Below, in pieces: positions 1 to 13,524 of a DNA stretch of 64,000 nucleotides (within the stretch, counting starts at the first letter, position 1; each line of letters opens with the position of its first letter). The position numbers and the translations under genes were made by a program. This DNA comes from Phoronis australis (lineage: Eukaryota > Animalia > Phoronida). The stretch lies in NCBI GenBank assembly GCA_002633005.1, contig NMRA01000188.1, positions 65,846 through 129,845 of the forward strand, written 5' to 3'. The notes below the pieces were generated by a model that had not been told where the DNA came from, searched no databases, and was given only the letters and a program-made list of their open reading frames with translations.

Positions 1-2
1 AC

Positions 3-92
3 TGTCGAGATTGTGTGAACACAGCGTCTCAAGAAACAATTTTTGGTGACAGTAACGATGATATAAATGATGGTGTGGATGAAGAAATATAA
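3..92 (+). pseudogene. C-terminal tail of an Academ-type transposase (Cys-rich end followed by acidic tail), truncated by the window edge
   Basis: Frame 3 reads CRDCVNTASQETIFGDSNDDINDGVDEEI*, paralleling the CRCCNCDNRDSTDIVLDDSDDDD end of the Academ remnant at about 28040-28130. A possible terminus ...GAATGGACTA lies at 681. Confidence 0.4.
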
Positions 93-1005
93 TAAGAGTG
101 TGCTATGTTGTTAAAGAACTTTAACTTTGTAGCCTAATCGAAAACATTGAAAACGTTTTATCATGCTCGTGGCTGTCAGGACTGTTTGGTGTATCTTTCC
201 TTGTGAGAGTTGACAATAAACTGCAATGTGGATAATGATAATTAATTGTAACAATTAATGAAAATGATGACAGTGAATTCATTGGAGAAGCGTTGGAAAT
301 GTATGTTGTTCATATGTAGGTTGAAATATAAAATCTTCATCAAGTTAAAAATGGTTAACAGTAAGTTGTTCTTTAGTAGAAGTTCAGAGTGTAGCAGTAT
401 GCTTTCTGGCTTTCTTGTCCAATAACTTTAAATGAACGAAGCCCAGTTTTTGTCTAGTATTGTTGTTTCTTGAGAAATGGTTTTCTGTGCCAAATTTTGC
501 AAAAGCTCAGATTTTTTAGGTCAAATTTCTCACTGACGTTCATGTCAAACCTTGGAAACTTTTTAGGTTCCTAAAGTATAGTACTTCCTGACCTTAAAAA
601 CAACAAAAATTACATGTATCTTGCCCCGAAAAAGGTAGCCACGAAAGTGGTTTTCTAGGCTTCCTAGAGTCGAATGGACTAAGGTCTATTAGTCAATTCT
701 AGAAAATCCATGATTCATTTCCTTTTGATGTTAGTTTTCCACCTTATATTGATTGACATTGCAAGTTAGTTAGTAGCATAGTTAATTACTTGATTAGCTA
801 ATTAGTTCATCAATTAGCCAATTAATACATGATTTTGCTACCGTACTAGAGCTGAGGCGGTGCTTGGTGATGTGGATATATCTTAAGGAAATTGTAAACT
901 TTCGAAAGTATTGTAACACACCTCTATGTCTTCAAGTTACGACTACCAGATTGGCAGCGGTAGTGCACAAGGGGCTTCCCAAATCCCCGAATCGCAAGCA
1001 GATGA

Positions 1006-1166
1006 CAGTGGCGGATTTAAGGGGCACCAAGGGGGACATGCCCCCCTAAAATTCTCCAAGATTCCATTTCACAGTTCTGGGTTGCGAATGTCTGACGGGC
1101 AAAATCGTAGTATCTAATGCTCTGTCCTGCTCCCCCCTCCAACTCAAAATCCTGGATCCGCCCCTG
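1006..1166. mobile_element. MITE with CAGTGGCGGAT...ATCCGCCCCTG termini and 5-bp TSD
   Basis: Inverted termini at 1006 and 1166, with GATGA immediately on both sides. A related copy lies at 2778-2935 (flanks ACAGC/ATAGC), with its duplicated counterpart at about 50370-50527. Confidence 0.8.
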
Positions 1167-1276
1167 GATGATCCTCCATTTGGTGCCATCAGACCGTAGA
1201 ATGTATCAAAAATATACATAACGTTTGTTCGAAACAAGTCTAAATTTTCTGCATTTTTAGGAAACAGACATTCGTA

Positions 1277-2050
1277 TAGTTCTAAAGCCCCTTGGACCCC
1301 TTCAACCCCCACACACATCGACTCTCTTATCCCATGACCCCCACGACCTGTGGCAATAGTGGTGATTTTGCGATTTTTACATATTGCACAACCATATTAC
1401 GTCGCTGAATGACTTTACCATCAGACATACCTACACGCAAGTCTGCTCTGGCTCAACTCTGGTGATTAAAAATAGAAAGTGGCGTGAGAACGTGATCTGA
1501 AATAGCGCATTTTGAGCGCGCTATCTTTAGTACGGAAATAGGTCCACGAGCGGCTACCAATGATGGGCAAGGCCCAGTTCTATTAAAGTTAGGGAAAGAG
1601 TACGTTAACGTGAATCTACATTCTTTCACATTTTTTGATATGCTTACTGTTTTATACTCGTTTACAATATACTCCATATAACGTTGAAATACTTTTTAGT
1701 AAACAGCTTGTTTTTTCAAACTGCATTTACTGATGAAATTACAGTTTCGCCTGTTCCTGGAATTCTCCACAAAAATTACGCTCTGGTGTTAACGATATTT
1801 GTAACATGTGTAGGTCGTTCATTTGATTTGGTCGCGTTGTTTGTTTGTTTTTGGCTTTCAAACTTGCCGAATAGACTTTCTTAAGTGCAAAAAACAGGAA
1901 AAAGTCAGCCGAGCTCACGGCCCAACCCGTTGGTCCTGCAAGTCGGTGCTTGTTCTATGTGCAGATCTATTCGAGCTTGTGTAGACGGTCAAGGGGGTCG
2001 TGGGTCGAGGGCTGTGGGGGTCGAGGGGGTCAAAGGGGTGTTAGACTTTC
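1277..2050. mobile_element. ~780-bp MITE with subterminal (GGGTCGA)n repeats
   Basis: Ends read ATAGTTCTAAAGCCCCTT and AAGGGGTGTTAGACTTTC. The internal sequence is the reverse complement of the copy at about 8231-9045; a partial copy lies at 43510-43838. Confidence 0.8.
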
Positions 2051-3504
2051 TACTCTTGGCCCTTGGTTTCATAGCAAGAAATGTCACCGAAACAAACGAA
2101 TGCAACAATTGCCGCGCACGCGTTGCGCAATCTCAAACTTGCGTGATTAGTCATGTTATAACACAGCGGTGCATTCGACGATTTTTTCCATACTCGTGTC
2201 AATTTTACATAAAACGTAATCTAGTTATCAGCACGAAATAAGTCAACATACCTTGATGATAATGAATAACCTCGAGAGCAGGATACCACCAGTGGTTAAT
2301 TTCAAAGTGTCAATTGCAATTTCAGCAACATAATATATTGCTGATCGCATTTTAACATACTGGTACTTAAACTGAGTTGTGAATATTAAATTATTGTAAT
2401 AGCAATAATAGCTATAATAGCGATTCAAAGCATTGCCAGATTTAGACCTTGGGAGGTGCTTTGCAGTTCAAGCAATACCTAATCACACAAATTCTGCTTA
2501 ATATATACAACACTGCTACTCCGACTGTAAACAGCAGACACAAACGTCAACGTGACTGGAAACAAAATCCGAGTTTGCTATGAGAACGTATTCCGCATGA
2601 AGTAAATGAGTATAGAAACAATCTACAACTTAAGAGACCTTGTGTTGAGAAAAAGTCACGTGGAAGTAGCTTATGACATTTACAACATTTTCTAAACTTC
2701 TTTTCAGCAAACTGTTTGATGATGTCGTGAACATCGTTTTTTTAAAGACACTCCTCTGACCATCTGGAAGACACAGCCAGTGTCGAATTTAGAGGGGCCC
2801 AAGGGGGCTATGTTCCCCTCATAAAATTCCCCCAGATAACATTTGACAGTTCTGGAGTGCGACTGTCGCACGGGCAAAATCCTCGCTAATACTCTGCCCT
2901 GAACCGCCTCACTCAAAATTCTGGATTCGCCTCAGATAGCGGGCTTAGTCTGTCATACATCATAGTCACTCTGAGGTGATTGTTTTCTAATCCCGGTGTG
3001 CATGCTGAATGATCGCTCCGCTCAACAGTTCGTTACCATCATAGATTCCTCTGTCGCCGACGAACATTATGGCGTCAACGATACGTTGAAGTACCTCAGG
3101 CCTATATTTCTTGTTCTCTTGTTCTTTCTGTTGGAATTCCCCTTCAACGTAATTGATTTTTCACCACGAAGATTTAATTTTAGTACAAAGTCTTCGTGGG
3201 ATTGCCTATATTCGTAAATTTTCATCTCTTTAGCCTTTTACCTTCACTGGAAAACCTGTTACGCTGACTGCACATACAAAATACAAAAAATATAACTGAC
3301 TGTGCCATTTTTGCAAATGCTGCTCACCAAGTGCATTGTCACGGCGAGTATAAAACCTCAGATATCTTATACGATATCAATGTATAAATGTTTCTAATAT
3401 ATCGGCTATCTCCATTCGGTCTGATTGCGTCAAGATTCTGTTTAGGAGTCAATTTCTGGCGTACTGTGAATGCTTTTGAGAAATGTTTTTCTGTGACACG
3501 AAAC

Positions 3505-6500
3505 CAGGCCCGTAACCAGGGGGGGGGGGGTTCGAGGGGTTCGATCTACCCCCCTCTCCGCAAAGAGGTCCAGCCCCAGGCTATCCATTAAAGATAGTAT
3601 TCACATGGACAACATTTTTTCCAGCTACTGGTACAACTAACTACACTGATAACTGAGTTAGTAATAATTGTGAATTTGTTTCTGATTCAATGCGCTTCAC
3701 GTAACCATCTGGCCGAACGCGGCCAACTTCTCCCGAGTGGTTTTACGTAGATGACAGGATCGTGCAGACGATTAGAGGAGGCTTTTTATTTCTCATACGC
3801 ATTGAACGCACGTCGTTTTTACACCGTAGGGTAAGAACGGGGTCTAGAAGTAAATGTCTATACCTAGCTAAGTTATACAGCAGCGAGAGAGCTCCCAAAA
3901 AGTAGTGTGATGTGAATGTCTTAAAATCGACCAAGAAACAAAACATCAGAAAATAGGTTTGTAATCTGATATTGTTTGCTAGCATAGTACGGTAGAAGGC
4001 AGGTGTTTTCAAATTTGAAATTGAAAGTGTCCGTCAAGAACAGTTATGTTTTTCATCCAGTGTCCATTTCGATTGTGCATTGGTCTAATAGATTGACATG
4101 CAGGCGTGTACATGTGTGTGCGTTTCCGTCCTTTTTTCAGTAGAAGCCGACGGTAAGTTAACTATTGGCAGCCCTCCGTCGTTGCTTAAAAATCAGAATT
4201 TAACTATAACCGTGTTTTCTTGCACTGAGAAAACACCGACGAGCATGTTCACATTTTTGGGCAAAAGTACGTCTAGACTAAATAAAAATTTTGGTCAAAG
4301 AAGATAGACTTCTCAATCTTGTCAATAGTGTCAATGGTGCACAGCCTTACAGACTTCATACTATAGCAACTAACTTGTTGGAAAAGATTTCCAAGGCTAG
4401 ATGCCACTATTCCGAAGGTTCGCTACTCCGAAGGGCTATTACTCCGAAGGTTCGTCACCTTCAAAAGTTCATTACTTCGAATGTATACATATTTCATTGA
4501 AGACACGACTTTGATCTGTTTTTACTAGTTTAATTTCAGTTCTTTCCAACTCTCTAAATAGAGATCTTGTCTTTACATCTCAACAGGGCAATAAAAGTCC
4601 AAACGACATCAGTAGGTAACATAATTTAAAAAGCGATATTTGGAGACACATATCTCATCTTCAGGCTACTATTTACAACTAGTTCACAGTAAAACACATA
4701 TCAGAAATGACAAAGGCAATATAACACGTGAAATTGGCATGCGCAACTATGACGATAAAACGATATATAACGCCCCTCGGGCGATAATTCTCCAAAATCC
4801 ATTCGGACTCTAGATAACGGGGGATAAGTTCGCCATGTACTAATCTATGTATACGTTGCTGTGCAAGGTAATCTACAGATCACTTAAATAATGATAGAGT
4901 CCTTTGAGTTCCAGTTAGCTGCTCATTCAAACTGGGTTTTTCAAACATTATTAGAAGCGACTCTAATATTCGTAACCTGTGTACTTCGAATGTCCACAAT
5001 TCCAAAACCAGAACTTGGACATTTTTTTTCTTAATTATAAGCACAGCCCCAGGAGTCGCATTCGAGACTAACACCCTTGTATACATTCACCAGTAAGACC
5101 AAGCTCTGAGGAGTGGGAGACAATGCTCGATTGTAAACCAGTGAAGCGATTAGAAACCAGGTCTCCCAAACAGGAGTCCCGACCTCAAAACACTCCACTA
5201 AGCCACACAGTTGATTAGTCTGATTGTCTGCTAATGAGTCGTAACAGACATGAATAAAGTATTGCATTTGTGTCCATTTAGTAACCATTTAAAGGGCGTG
5301 CAAAAGTTGGATAGTTCTTAATACATTGATTTCATTGTTCACAAATGAGCTCAGTTCCAACCACTCCCAATCGTGATTCTAACGACTCATTCTCAAGCAT
5401 GGACAACATCTGGGGCAAGAGATAGGGCTGTGGCGATCAACGGTTTTAATTTAAGAAGACTGGAGGGGCTCTCTTCGTGAAGACTGGCAGGGACAGGGTA
5501 GCCTGCTTAGGAGGCACAGAACAGTTCTCACTGGGTTTTGCCCAGCAAAACTCACATCACTTAATTTGTCACCTTTTCTTCACTCTGTCAAAAACAGGAT
5601 GCAAAGAATGACATGTTTTCAGTTATTTAACATAAAAAGCCCTGCAGATGAGCGCAGAAACTTTATTCTCTCTTGTATTTTTTACCCTTTCAATCCCATT
5701 GAAAACCAAGCTAGACTAAGAAAAATAGTGGCAAAAAAGTGCAAAATCGGCACGTTTCACCCAAAAAACACCACTTCCCTGCCGATGCAAGACTAAAACC
5801 AACAATAGATTCTGAAAGCAAATTTCCTACAAATTCCGAAAATGTGGTCCAAATGTACTGTCAACCAATTATTATGTTTTTTGGCAATTCTGGCTTGTTT
5901 AAGGGCTACCTAAAATCGCAGCCAATTTCTCAGTCGCTACCCAGCAATGCACAATTGCAACCGGGGGCCGCTTTCTTGAAGAAGAGTGCAGCTACAGCCG
6001 AGAAAGTGGCCTTTTTTATCCTCAGTATGTTCACAAATGCAAACAAACCACATTCACTGAGCCTACATGCAATGCCCATCTACAAAATGCCCCCAAACTT
6101 GGCCTACCCCAAAATTTTAATATTTTGAGAGTGCAAATTGGCCGCGGCCGCAGCCTAACTATTCAGTGCCACCTTACTACATTAAATTTCAAACCTGTCG
6201 TGTGCGTGGTGAAGTTCAGGCGCAGCGGCCCCAAACTTTTCAGTCGCGCTGTGAAATGATGGTACCATGACATTGATTTGATGAATGTATCCGTCGTGGT
6301 TGATAATTCATCAATATTCCCATTCTATATTTTTTAAAATGCAATAACGTTCTCATTTTTTCCTTGTTCGTAAGACATGCTGGCAATGACGCATGCGCAT
6401 GAAACCCAAACAGAGTATCTTAGAACCCGGCCGTTGTTTTACTGGCATAGGTACACCATTCAGTGTATGTAACAGCCGTAGTATCATTCATTTTTGCATG

Positions 6501-7049
6501 TAAATGTGTAGGTAATACACATGGGTTGAAAAAAATAGGTCTTTTCGTAATAGTGAATCTTCGAAGTAGTTAACCTTCGGATTGGCAAACCGAATGGTGA
6601 GTAGTGGCTTGTTACGAATTCCAACGTCTCGTAAACAAATTAAGTAACACGCAAAAATATTAACTCGATAAAAAATTTCGTCGAGTTATTCTCCGACTAA
6701 ATATTTCTGTCCAAATAGGTATAGTCACTCATTTAGGCATGCATAACTTGAAAATTTGGCTGGAAGTAACTCGAGAACGTTTTAAACCACATTACATTGG
6801 AATCGAGTCCCGTTGTTTGCGAGCAACCGTCACGGCCGGCATCCTCATCTCTGGTATTACATATTCCGCCTCACCTCAAAAACATAGAGCTGAGAGTCAT
6901 CGTTGGGTATACAAGTTCCCCTTCCCCTGATTAAGCTGCGTCAACTGAGAGCCTGAATGAAAACTCCACAGTGTCGACGTTTGCACACTCAAAGGTCCAC
7001 CGTTCAAGAAATTCACACCATCCCCTGCGCAGTGCTGGCTACAGGCCTA
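3505..7049. mobile_element. 3.5-kb composite non-autonomous DNA transposon with 5-bp TSD, containing nested inserts
   Basis: Termini CAGGCCCGTAACCAG and CTGGCTACAGGCCTA. TSD GAAAC at 3500-3504 and 7050-7054. The duplicated block has a single GAAAC (empty site) at about 51144-51148. Confidence 0.85.
4400..6610. mobile_element. Nested element with inverted arrays of ACTCCGAAGG-like subterminal repeats
   Basis: Repeated actccgaagg/attccgaagg at 4405-4480 and reverse-complement ccttcgga/cttcgaagtag units at 6545-6610. Similar arrays occur at about 13888-13912 and 63030-63125. Confidence 0.55.
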
Positions 7050-7379
7050 GAAACTATGCGAAAGGGTCAGAATGATTTGTCGTCTCTAAAGTATTTGTAG
7101 CACTAGCTGTACAACTCACCACTTTACTCTTTTGACTCGACTTTTTGCAGTCAGAACTTTCTTTTAGTGTTGAAGGGATTCTTTAGATGTACTAAATTGT
7201 GCCAAGTCATCCCCTTTTGGTTTGGAACCGGAAGAAATTCTTTGAGTCGAGGTATCCTGCATAGCACAGGAGTGTGTTTATACCTGCCTTTGGGAAATTT
7301 TATTTTCTGAACCCCAGACAGCTCAGTTGATGTGGCATCGTGTGTTCCGCCCTGGCAATGACATAAACGAGAACGTATA

Positions 7380-8020
7380 CTGATGCTAAGCGCTGGGTGT
7401 AGTGCATGTATTTCTGTGCTCAAAAATGCCCATTACCCACATTAGACAAGTGACGAAAGGCCCGAATGGACCTCTTGATGTCAAGGTCGAAACATTTAAG
7501 CCAAAAAAGGCGTGGAACGGTTTTGGAGAAGGGCTGGAGGCGGCTGCAAATTCAGGTTGCACCGTTGAGGCAGACCCTTCTTACACAATGAGCTGTAGGG
7601 GTCATCCCAGGAAAAGGGAACCACCTGACGTAGGAGCCTCCTTTGTAATAGTAAAGCCCTTTGGAAAATTTTTTTGGCAATGATTTCTAATTTAGTTCAT
7701 TCAAAGAATGACCCTCTAGAAGGTGGTTCTGAGGCACTTGCTCCTTTTGCACCTTCATAAATCATTGGAGAGTTTCCATATAAAGAAATATTGTGCAGGT
7801 CACTAAACTGGAACATTGGAGATTACAAATTACAGCTGAAGCAGAAGTTGGATCTGTAAAGGATTGTGAATTTTCTCGCCTTTTGTACATACGTCATTGC
7901 TCTGTGTACTGACTGTTTTATACCTGATGACGACTTTGAAAAATGTTGAAACGTCGTACCATGAGGCACAGCGTCTTGTTTTTGTGATTTAACTTTCCAT
8001 AACTTACTACAGACAGGGCA
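7380..8020 (+). mobile_element. Degenerate Penelope-like retroelement 3' end (GIY-YIG remnant plus pseudo-LTR)
   Basis: Remnants GVVHVFLCSKMPITHIRQVTK and LESFHIKKYCA/SLNWNIGDYKLQL resemble the start and end of a GIY-YIG domain and are followed by a hammerhead core. The duplicate is at about 51460-52080. Confidence 0.5.
7921..7958 (+). ncRNA. Minimal type I hammerhead ribozyme-like motif (Penelope-type)
   Basis: TAC-CTGATGA-C-GAC(tttgaaaaat)GTT-GAAA-CG-TC-GTA has the CUGANGA and GAAA cores, a stem II, a minimal stem III, a GUC cleavage triplet and a 3-bp stem I. Confidence 0.55.
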
Positions 8021-8230
8021 GTTCTTTGGTACTAGCTGTAGCCTTGAAAAAGGATAAGGTCATGTTTCTTGTAAGCTAAACCATAACTTTTTACAGATTA
8101 TGTATGAAATTTAATTTTTCAATACTGAACTACACTGTCAACACATATACCTCTCTTCAGATAAATCAAATAATCCACATCATCAAGTACGACCGTAAAG
8201 AGCCTAACTTACCATCTACCTTCTTTGTCT

Positions 8231-9045
8231 GATAATTTTAAGACCCCTTCGACTCCCGCGACCCCCACATCCCTCGATACTCTCGACCCACGGCCCCCTC
8301 TACCCACAACCCCTTCACCCATGACGCACGACCCCAACCCACCTTGATCCAGTCTACACAAGCTCGACTAGATCTGAACATAGTACAAGCGCTGACTTGC
8401 AACACCAATGAAGTGGTCCGTGAGCTCGGTTGGTTTTTCCCTGTTTTTGCAATTAAGAGAGCCTATTCGAAACCAACGTTACAATTGTCGTTCCCTGAAG
8501 AGTATAATCGTCTCGTCAGCTCTTCAGTGAATGACAGATTCAATTTTTGTGGAGAGTGAGAGGAGCCAGTGTAATTTCATCAGTATATGCAGTTTTAAAA
8601 ACAATCAGTTTACTAAAAAGTATATTTCAACGTTTTATGGAGTATACTGTAAACGAGTATACAACATAAAGCAAATAATAAAAGTGTAAAATTATGTACA
8701 TTTACGTTAAGGTACTCTCTTCCAAAGTTTAGTAGAACTGGGCCATTGGCAGCCGCTCGTGGAAATATTTCCATAATAACGATAGCGCGCTCACAACACG
8801 CTATTTCAAATCACGTTCTCATGCCACTTTCGGTTTTTAATCGCCAGTCTTGAGCAAGAGCAGAATCGCGTGTAGGCATGTCTTATAGGATGTAATACGA
8901 TTATGCAAAATATAAAAATCGCAAAAGCACCTCTATTGTCACATGTCGTGGGTGAAGGGGGTCGAGGGTCGTGGGATCGAGGGGTTGTGTGTCGAAGGGG
9001 TCGTGGGTCGAGGTGTGTGGGGGTCGAAGGGGTTTTGGAACTATC
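8231..9045. mobile_element. (GGGTCGA)n MITE, second copy in opposite orientation
   Basis: Left CCCCTTCGAC-rich array and right GTCGAAGGGGTTTTGGAACTATC end. The equivalent copy at 52275-52997 plus 57205-57285 is split by later insertions. Confidence 0.8.
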
Positions 9046-11049
9046 CTGTTTTGTCAAGTGACCACATGTTCTTTATCATTAGACGTTCCTTTATAGCAAT
9101 TTATACCATTGCTTTGAATTCAATATCCCAAAAACGAGAAAATAGTTGAAAGTGCAAGCGTTTTAGCTCCATGGACATGAGTGTGACGTAAGAACCTACC
9201 CAGCGCCAAAGTGTCATGCTCAGAAATTGTGCAGGAGTTTCTTGCACAATTCTTGTGCCACATCCAGGCTTCTCTGATATCCCACTGGAAAGTGAAAACT
9301 CACAACTAATTTGTCACAACTACCACCAACGCAAAGTCTCAGCATTCTTTGTCACATTGAAATAAGCACACTGCACACAGTGGAACATGGCTAATGTAAT
9401 TGGTTGTCCACATTTACGTGGCTCAGTCTCCTAACTCGAGATTGGCTTATCAAGATATCGCCAGGTATTGTTCGTTGGTATTCAAACTTAACACTTGGTC
9501 GACTGGCGTTATTGTTTTTGGTGTTTAGGTAGGAAATCGGTGACTTTAAAGCTCATCAAACCTACAACTTCATAACTTTTGTTGTCTACCCGCACCCTTA
9601 AACGAAATTTATTCATTTATTCATGTACTTGTACCCGTATGTAAATTTCAATTCATACTGCATCAAAATCAGATGACGTGAAAATTACTAAGTCTATAGT
9701 TCGGGGCTCATCCACAAATTGGCTCGGGGGAAACGTTTTGTTTTTGTATTGTATTCGATGACGTCGCCGAAAGTGCAGGTATCCCAAACCGTCCGCAGAG
9801 ACTTCGCAGGCGGGATGCCGCTTTATGGTAATAGGTAAAAAGGTGACAATTGTCTGGCGACCCATATCGTCTGAAAAATTTTAATACCCCTGCGTTCACC
9901 CATCGACGCGGAGACTGCAATTTCCGGATTTTAGTTGGAGTACGCAGGCTCGGCCGACGGATTTTACGTGGTGACCTAGTGTGACCAGACATAAAACGTT
10001 TGCACCCCTAAGTCCGCCTATGATATGACTTTAAAAGTGATGACCAAACTGTGTCTTACCTCTTGACCCATTTTTATAATCAATTACTAGTCATAATAAT
10101 CGTTACTGTCTCGTCTCGCAAAAGCGCATTACTTGACAGTATCTGCCGAAATGATTTCACTTTCGTGAGTTTCCTCTGTCTACAGAACAGCCCAGCCATA
10201 TGAGGGCATTCGTGCCCTATACCAGATGCGATTACGACCAAGCATTCATTGAGTAGAATCATTGTTTCAAGTAGCTCCACAAATTTCTTCGATTTGTTCT
10301 GACTTTAATTAACAAAAGTACTTTTTAAAATTCAAAGATTAAAACTGCCAAAAAATTTGTTTATTTTTTGTTTGTCTAGTCCCCGGAGTCCGAAAGACAT
10401 AACTCGTATACCTAAAGAGTATGGTAACGGTGCGAAATGAAACATTGTTATAACGATTTATATTCTACTTTCCTTGCCGGGATTTTTGAAGTTGTATACT
10501 GTACATAAATACGTAACAACCAAAATCTTTACCAAGACACCTGTATCCCAAAGCACTAAACATCGAGCCTTACCGACTGAGTGTATGGCATTTTGCCACG
10601 TAATGTCCTCTCACAAGCCACACGGCGGTCAGTTCTAAACAATTTTAAACAGTTGGTCGTTTCATAGAGAACCTGACAGTCAACAGATCAACTTCCACAC
10701 CGAGGCTTTATGAAAACAGGAAAGGTTAACTTGGTTAACGCCGCCAACAGTTCTTTCTAAGAGCTTACAGGGTAAATAGGCACACCATACTGAAATAAAA
10801 ATTAACTTTTTGACCGTTTTTGTTGATCACAAACGGGGAGAGAGGACATGCATCTAAACCGGGCAAGTCGCCTCTGAGAAAACCCGTGATGAGGACAACT
10901 CAAAGTTTTAATAACAGATTACATCCAACATCAAAGCAACTCTACTCACCAAACTGTAGTCACTTCAGACGACAAACATGTTCACTTCAAAAATTGAAAT
11001 GGTTAGCATGGCTACAAAAAGATCTAACTACTTTCCTTTAGGGGGCCAT

Positions 11050-12750
11050 AGGTACGTCTTGAGAATTTTAGATAGTTGGGCCGTGGACAGTTATTTTATT
11101 GGGGCATGTGACTACGATAATTATGCTCGTCAGACACTCACTCCAGTTGTCATTGGGTATCCCTCTGTGGTCATCCCTTGGTTTTCACCACGTTTTAGAG
11201 GCAAGTGTTCCTTTATTAAGCATTGCTTTTCTTGCTTACTGTAACGTTCGCCATGTGGTGGCAGCTGAAACTTTTGTTTGAGCGTTAGATTCTGGAAAAT
11301 CAGATGCTGTTGTTATGAATATGGCTGGCATGAAATAACCAAGTGGAACTCAAAAGGTAAGATGCTGACAGTCACAGTGTGGAGGTTTTAGGTGCTCTGC
11401 GGTACCTTGGGTCTGGCTTGGACTTCCAGTCTGACTTGATGGCTACTGAACGCATGGTCCTTAAGGTCGGGTTACTCGACAGGTTCGATAACCTTCTGAT
11501 CTTACGGTCTCACAGAACTATCCAGCTGTAAGCAATTACATCGTCTATGAATGCAGAAAGCTGCTGGTGTTATCGTATTATCTTGGCTACCTTGTCGGTC
11601 TACAGTCTACAGTCTACAATCGGGTCTGCATTACATAATATTCCATTTCTAAGTAATTCTCGGCTGAGTGTGCAACATAACGGGCATCTGTCAAGCTCAG
11701 CTGGACAGTGAAGAAATCCAAGTGTCATCGTACAATTCTTGGGATGTCAGACGTTTCCTGGTCTGCTCGTTAGCGCACAGATGTACATGTGATTGGGGAC
11801 GAGTTAATGTCCGCATACGGCACAATAACGCATTCATTTGTTATTTCCAAGGTCGTGTCTCTACTTTGAAGAGGACGAAGCTGCCTCGACTTGAACTACT
11901 TGAAAGTTTGTGAGCAGCTCGATTGTTTGTGTTTGCGAAGAAAATTAACTGGTGATGCGGAGCACATCTGTTAGACTGATAACATGACAGTTTTGGGATG
12001 GATCCGCTAACAGCTGGTGGAAACAGTTTGTAGCAAATTGTATGATCGAGATCCAGAATAGGACGTGTCTTACCAGAAGATGTTATTGTCCAACAACAGA
12101 CAACCCAGCTGATTTGCTCACAAGGGGCATCCCTGCAGCTACTTTGATTAGCTCTGTTTTATTGCTTCAGGACCCTAACTGGTTGGCAAGGCCTACGACA
12201 CAATAACCTTTGATGAGTAGTAGACGAGAAATGCCCCCACCCCTTCTTTTAACCACCTCTGAGGCTTTAGTGTCTTCATTCGATACTAAGTTTTGATGTG
12301 AATAGATGGAGTACGGTTACAGAGGCCATAAGAATTGATAACTATATTGGAATGTGTTTGTATCCTCCAGTTACATATGTTCTATTGGAATGTGTTGATA
12401 TCCTGTAGTTACATAATATTCTATCCTGTTGTTGTTTATGGTTTACTGGTTCCTGTTTTGTAGTCGTCAGTACTGTATTAGCCATATATTCCTAGAACCT
12501 ATTGACTTCCTGTACATTTCTGTATATATTCTATTATCTTTTGATATCAATACACTTTTAGTTTGACAGCCAACTGGGCACAATCTTTGTTTTACTCATG
12601 ACTTTTCAAGAGCAGTTGCCTGTGTTCTGAGGTTAGAAAACATGATGACTTGTCATTAAAAGACACCAAGCTGCATTTATTTAGGCATAATCAGTCTCTC
12701 ATTTTGTGTAGTCAATTCAGCTCTTTAACAGAACTGAAGGGTCATCGCAG
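11050..12750 (+). mobile_element. Degenerate BEL/Pao LTR retrotransposon pol fragment
   Basis: Remnants LRILDSW (protease-like), VHVIGDELMSAYG, KLPRLELL and TVLGWI..WKQFVAN..EIQ..CPTTDNPADLLTRG..DPNWL match BEL/Pao RNase H-region motifs. Many stops and frameshifts. Confidence 0.8.
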
Positions 12751-13524
12751 GGCTTTTCACCGATTTGTCAAATGGACGTAAACCAAGAGAATGGGGAAAA
12801 TCCTTGTTCAGTGTATTAATACTAACCATACAAAATTCCCTTGACATGACATGTTTAGGAAACCGCAAACGGTCTTACGAGTTATACGCATCTTTGTACC
12901 TTTCTCTAACAACGACAAATCAAATCGTCTGCTGTTTTGTATTCTCAGTTGTAGACCTAATGACGTCATTTGATGTTCCGAATGTCATCCAATCACACAA
13001 CTGAATGCTTCATAAGTTCACTAAAATAAAATGAAGGAGAGACAGGAGAATAATAAAAAATAGAATCTTCTTTCGAAGTGCTTGATTTCCACACTCGTGC
13101 TCCATGGTGGGGTGGATGGTTAGAGTGTTTGGCGAAGTCTGTTAAAAGTTCAACTGAGGAAGGGCCACTGAGCAAAAGGGAATTGGGCACCATATTAGTT
13201 AAGACTGAGTTTTGTGTAAATTTTTGTCCGTTGACGATTTTTGGTGACCGACACGAGTTTTCAAAAAACCCTATTGCAAAGAGTTTGCGGTTTCATGTAA
13301 TCACTAACCTGGTGAAAAGTGTTTGTTGCTCAAATATTCAATTTGTGACGTCCCCCAGGTTTTCAGACCACGTGACGTGAATTTTTTGCTCAATATTCAA
13401 TTAGGTATACAGTAGTTGTGACCAGATATTCGTTGTCAAGGCTTTTTATCAAATGTCATGGAGCGCCTCCCTGGTTAGGCCTAGTTCAACTTAAAAGTTG
13501 GGTTTTTTAAAATGAATCTCTCAC

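Noticed and set aside
6220-6254. RAG/Transib RSS-like end (CACAGCG on the minus strand)
   Set aside because: No nonamer at 12- or 23-bp spacing, no partner TIR, and no RAG1/Transib coding remnant found.
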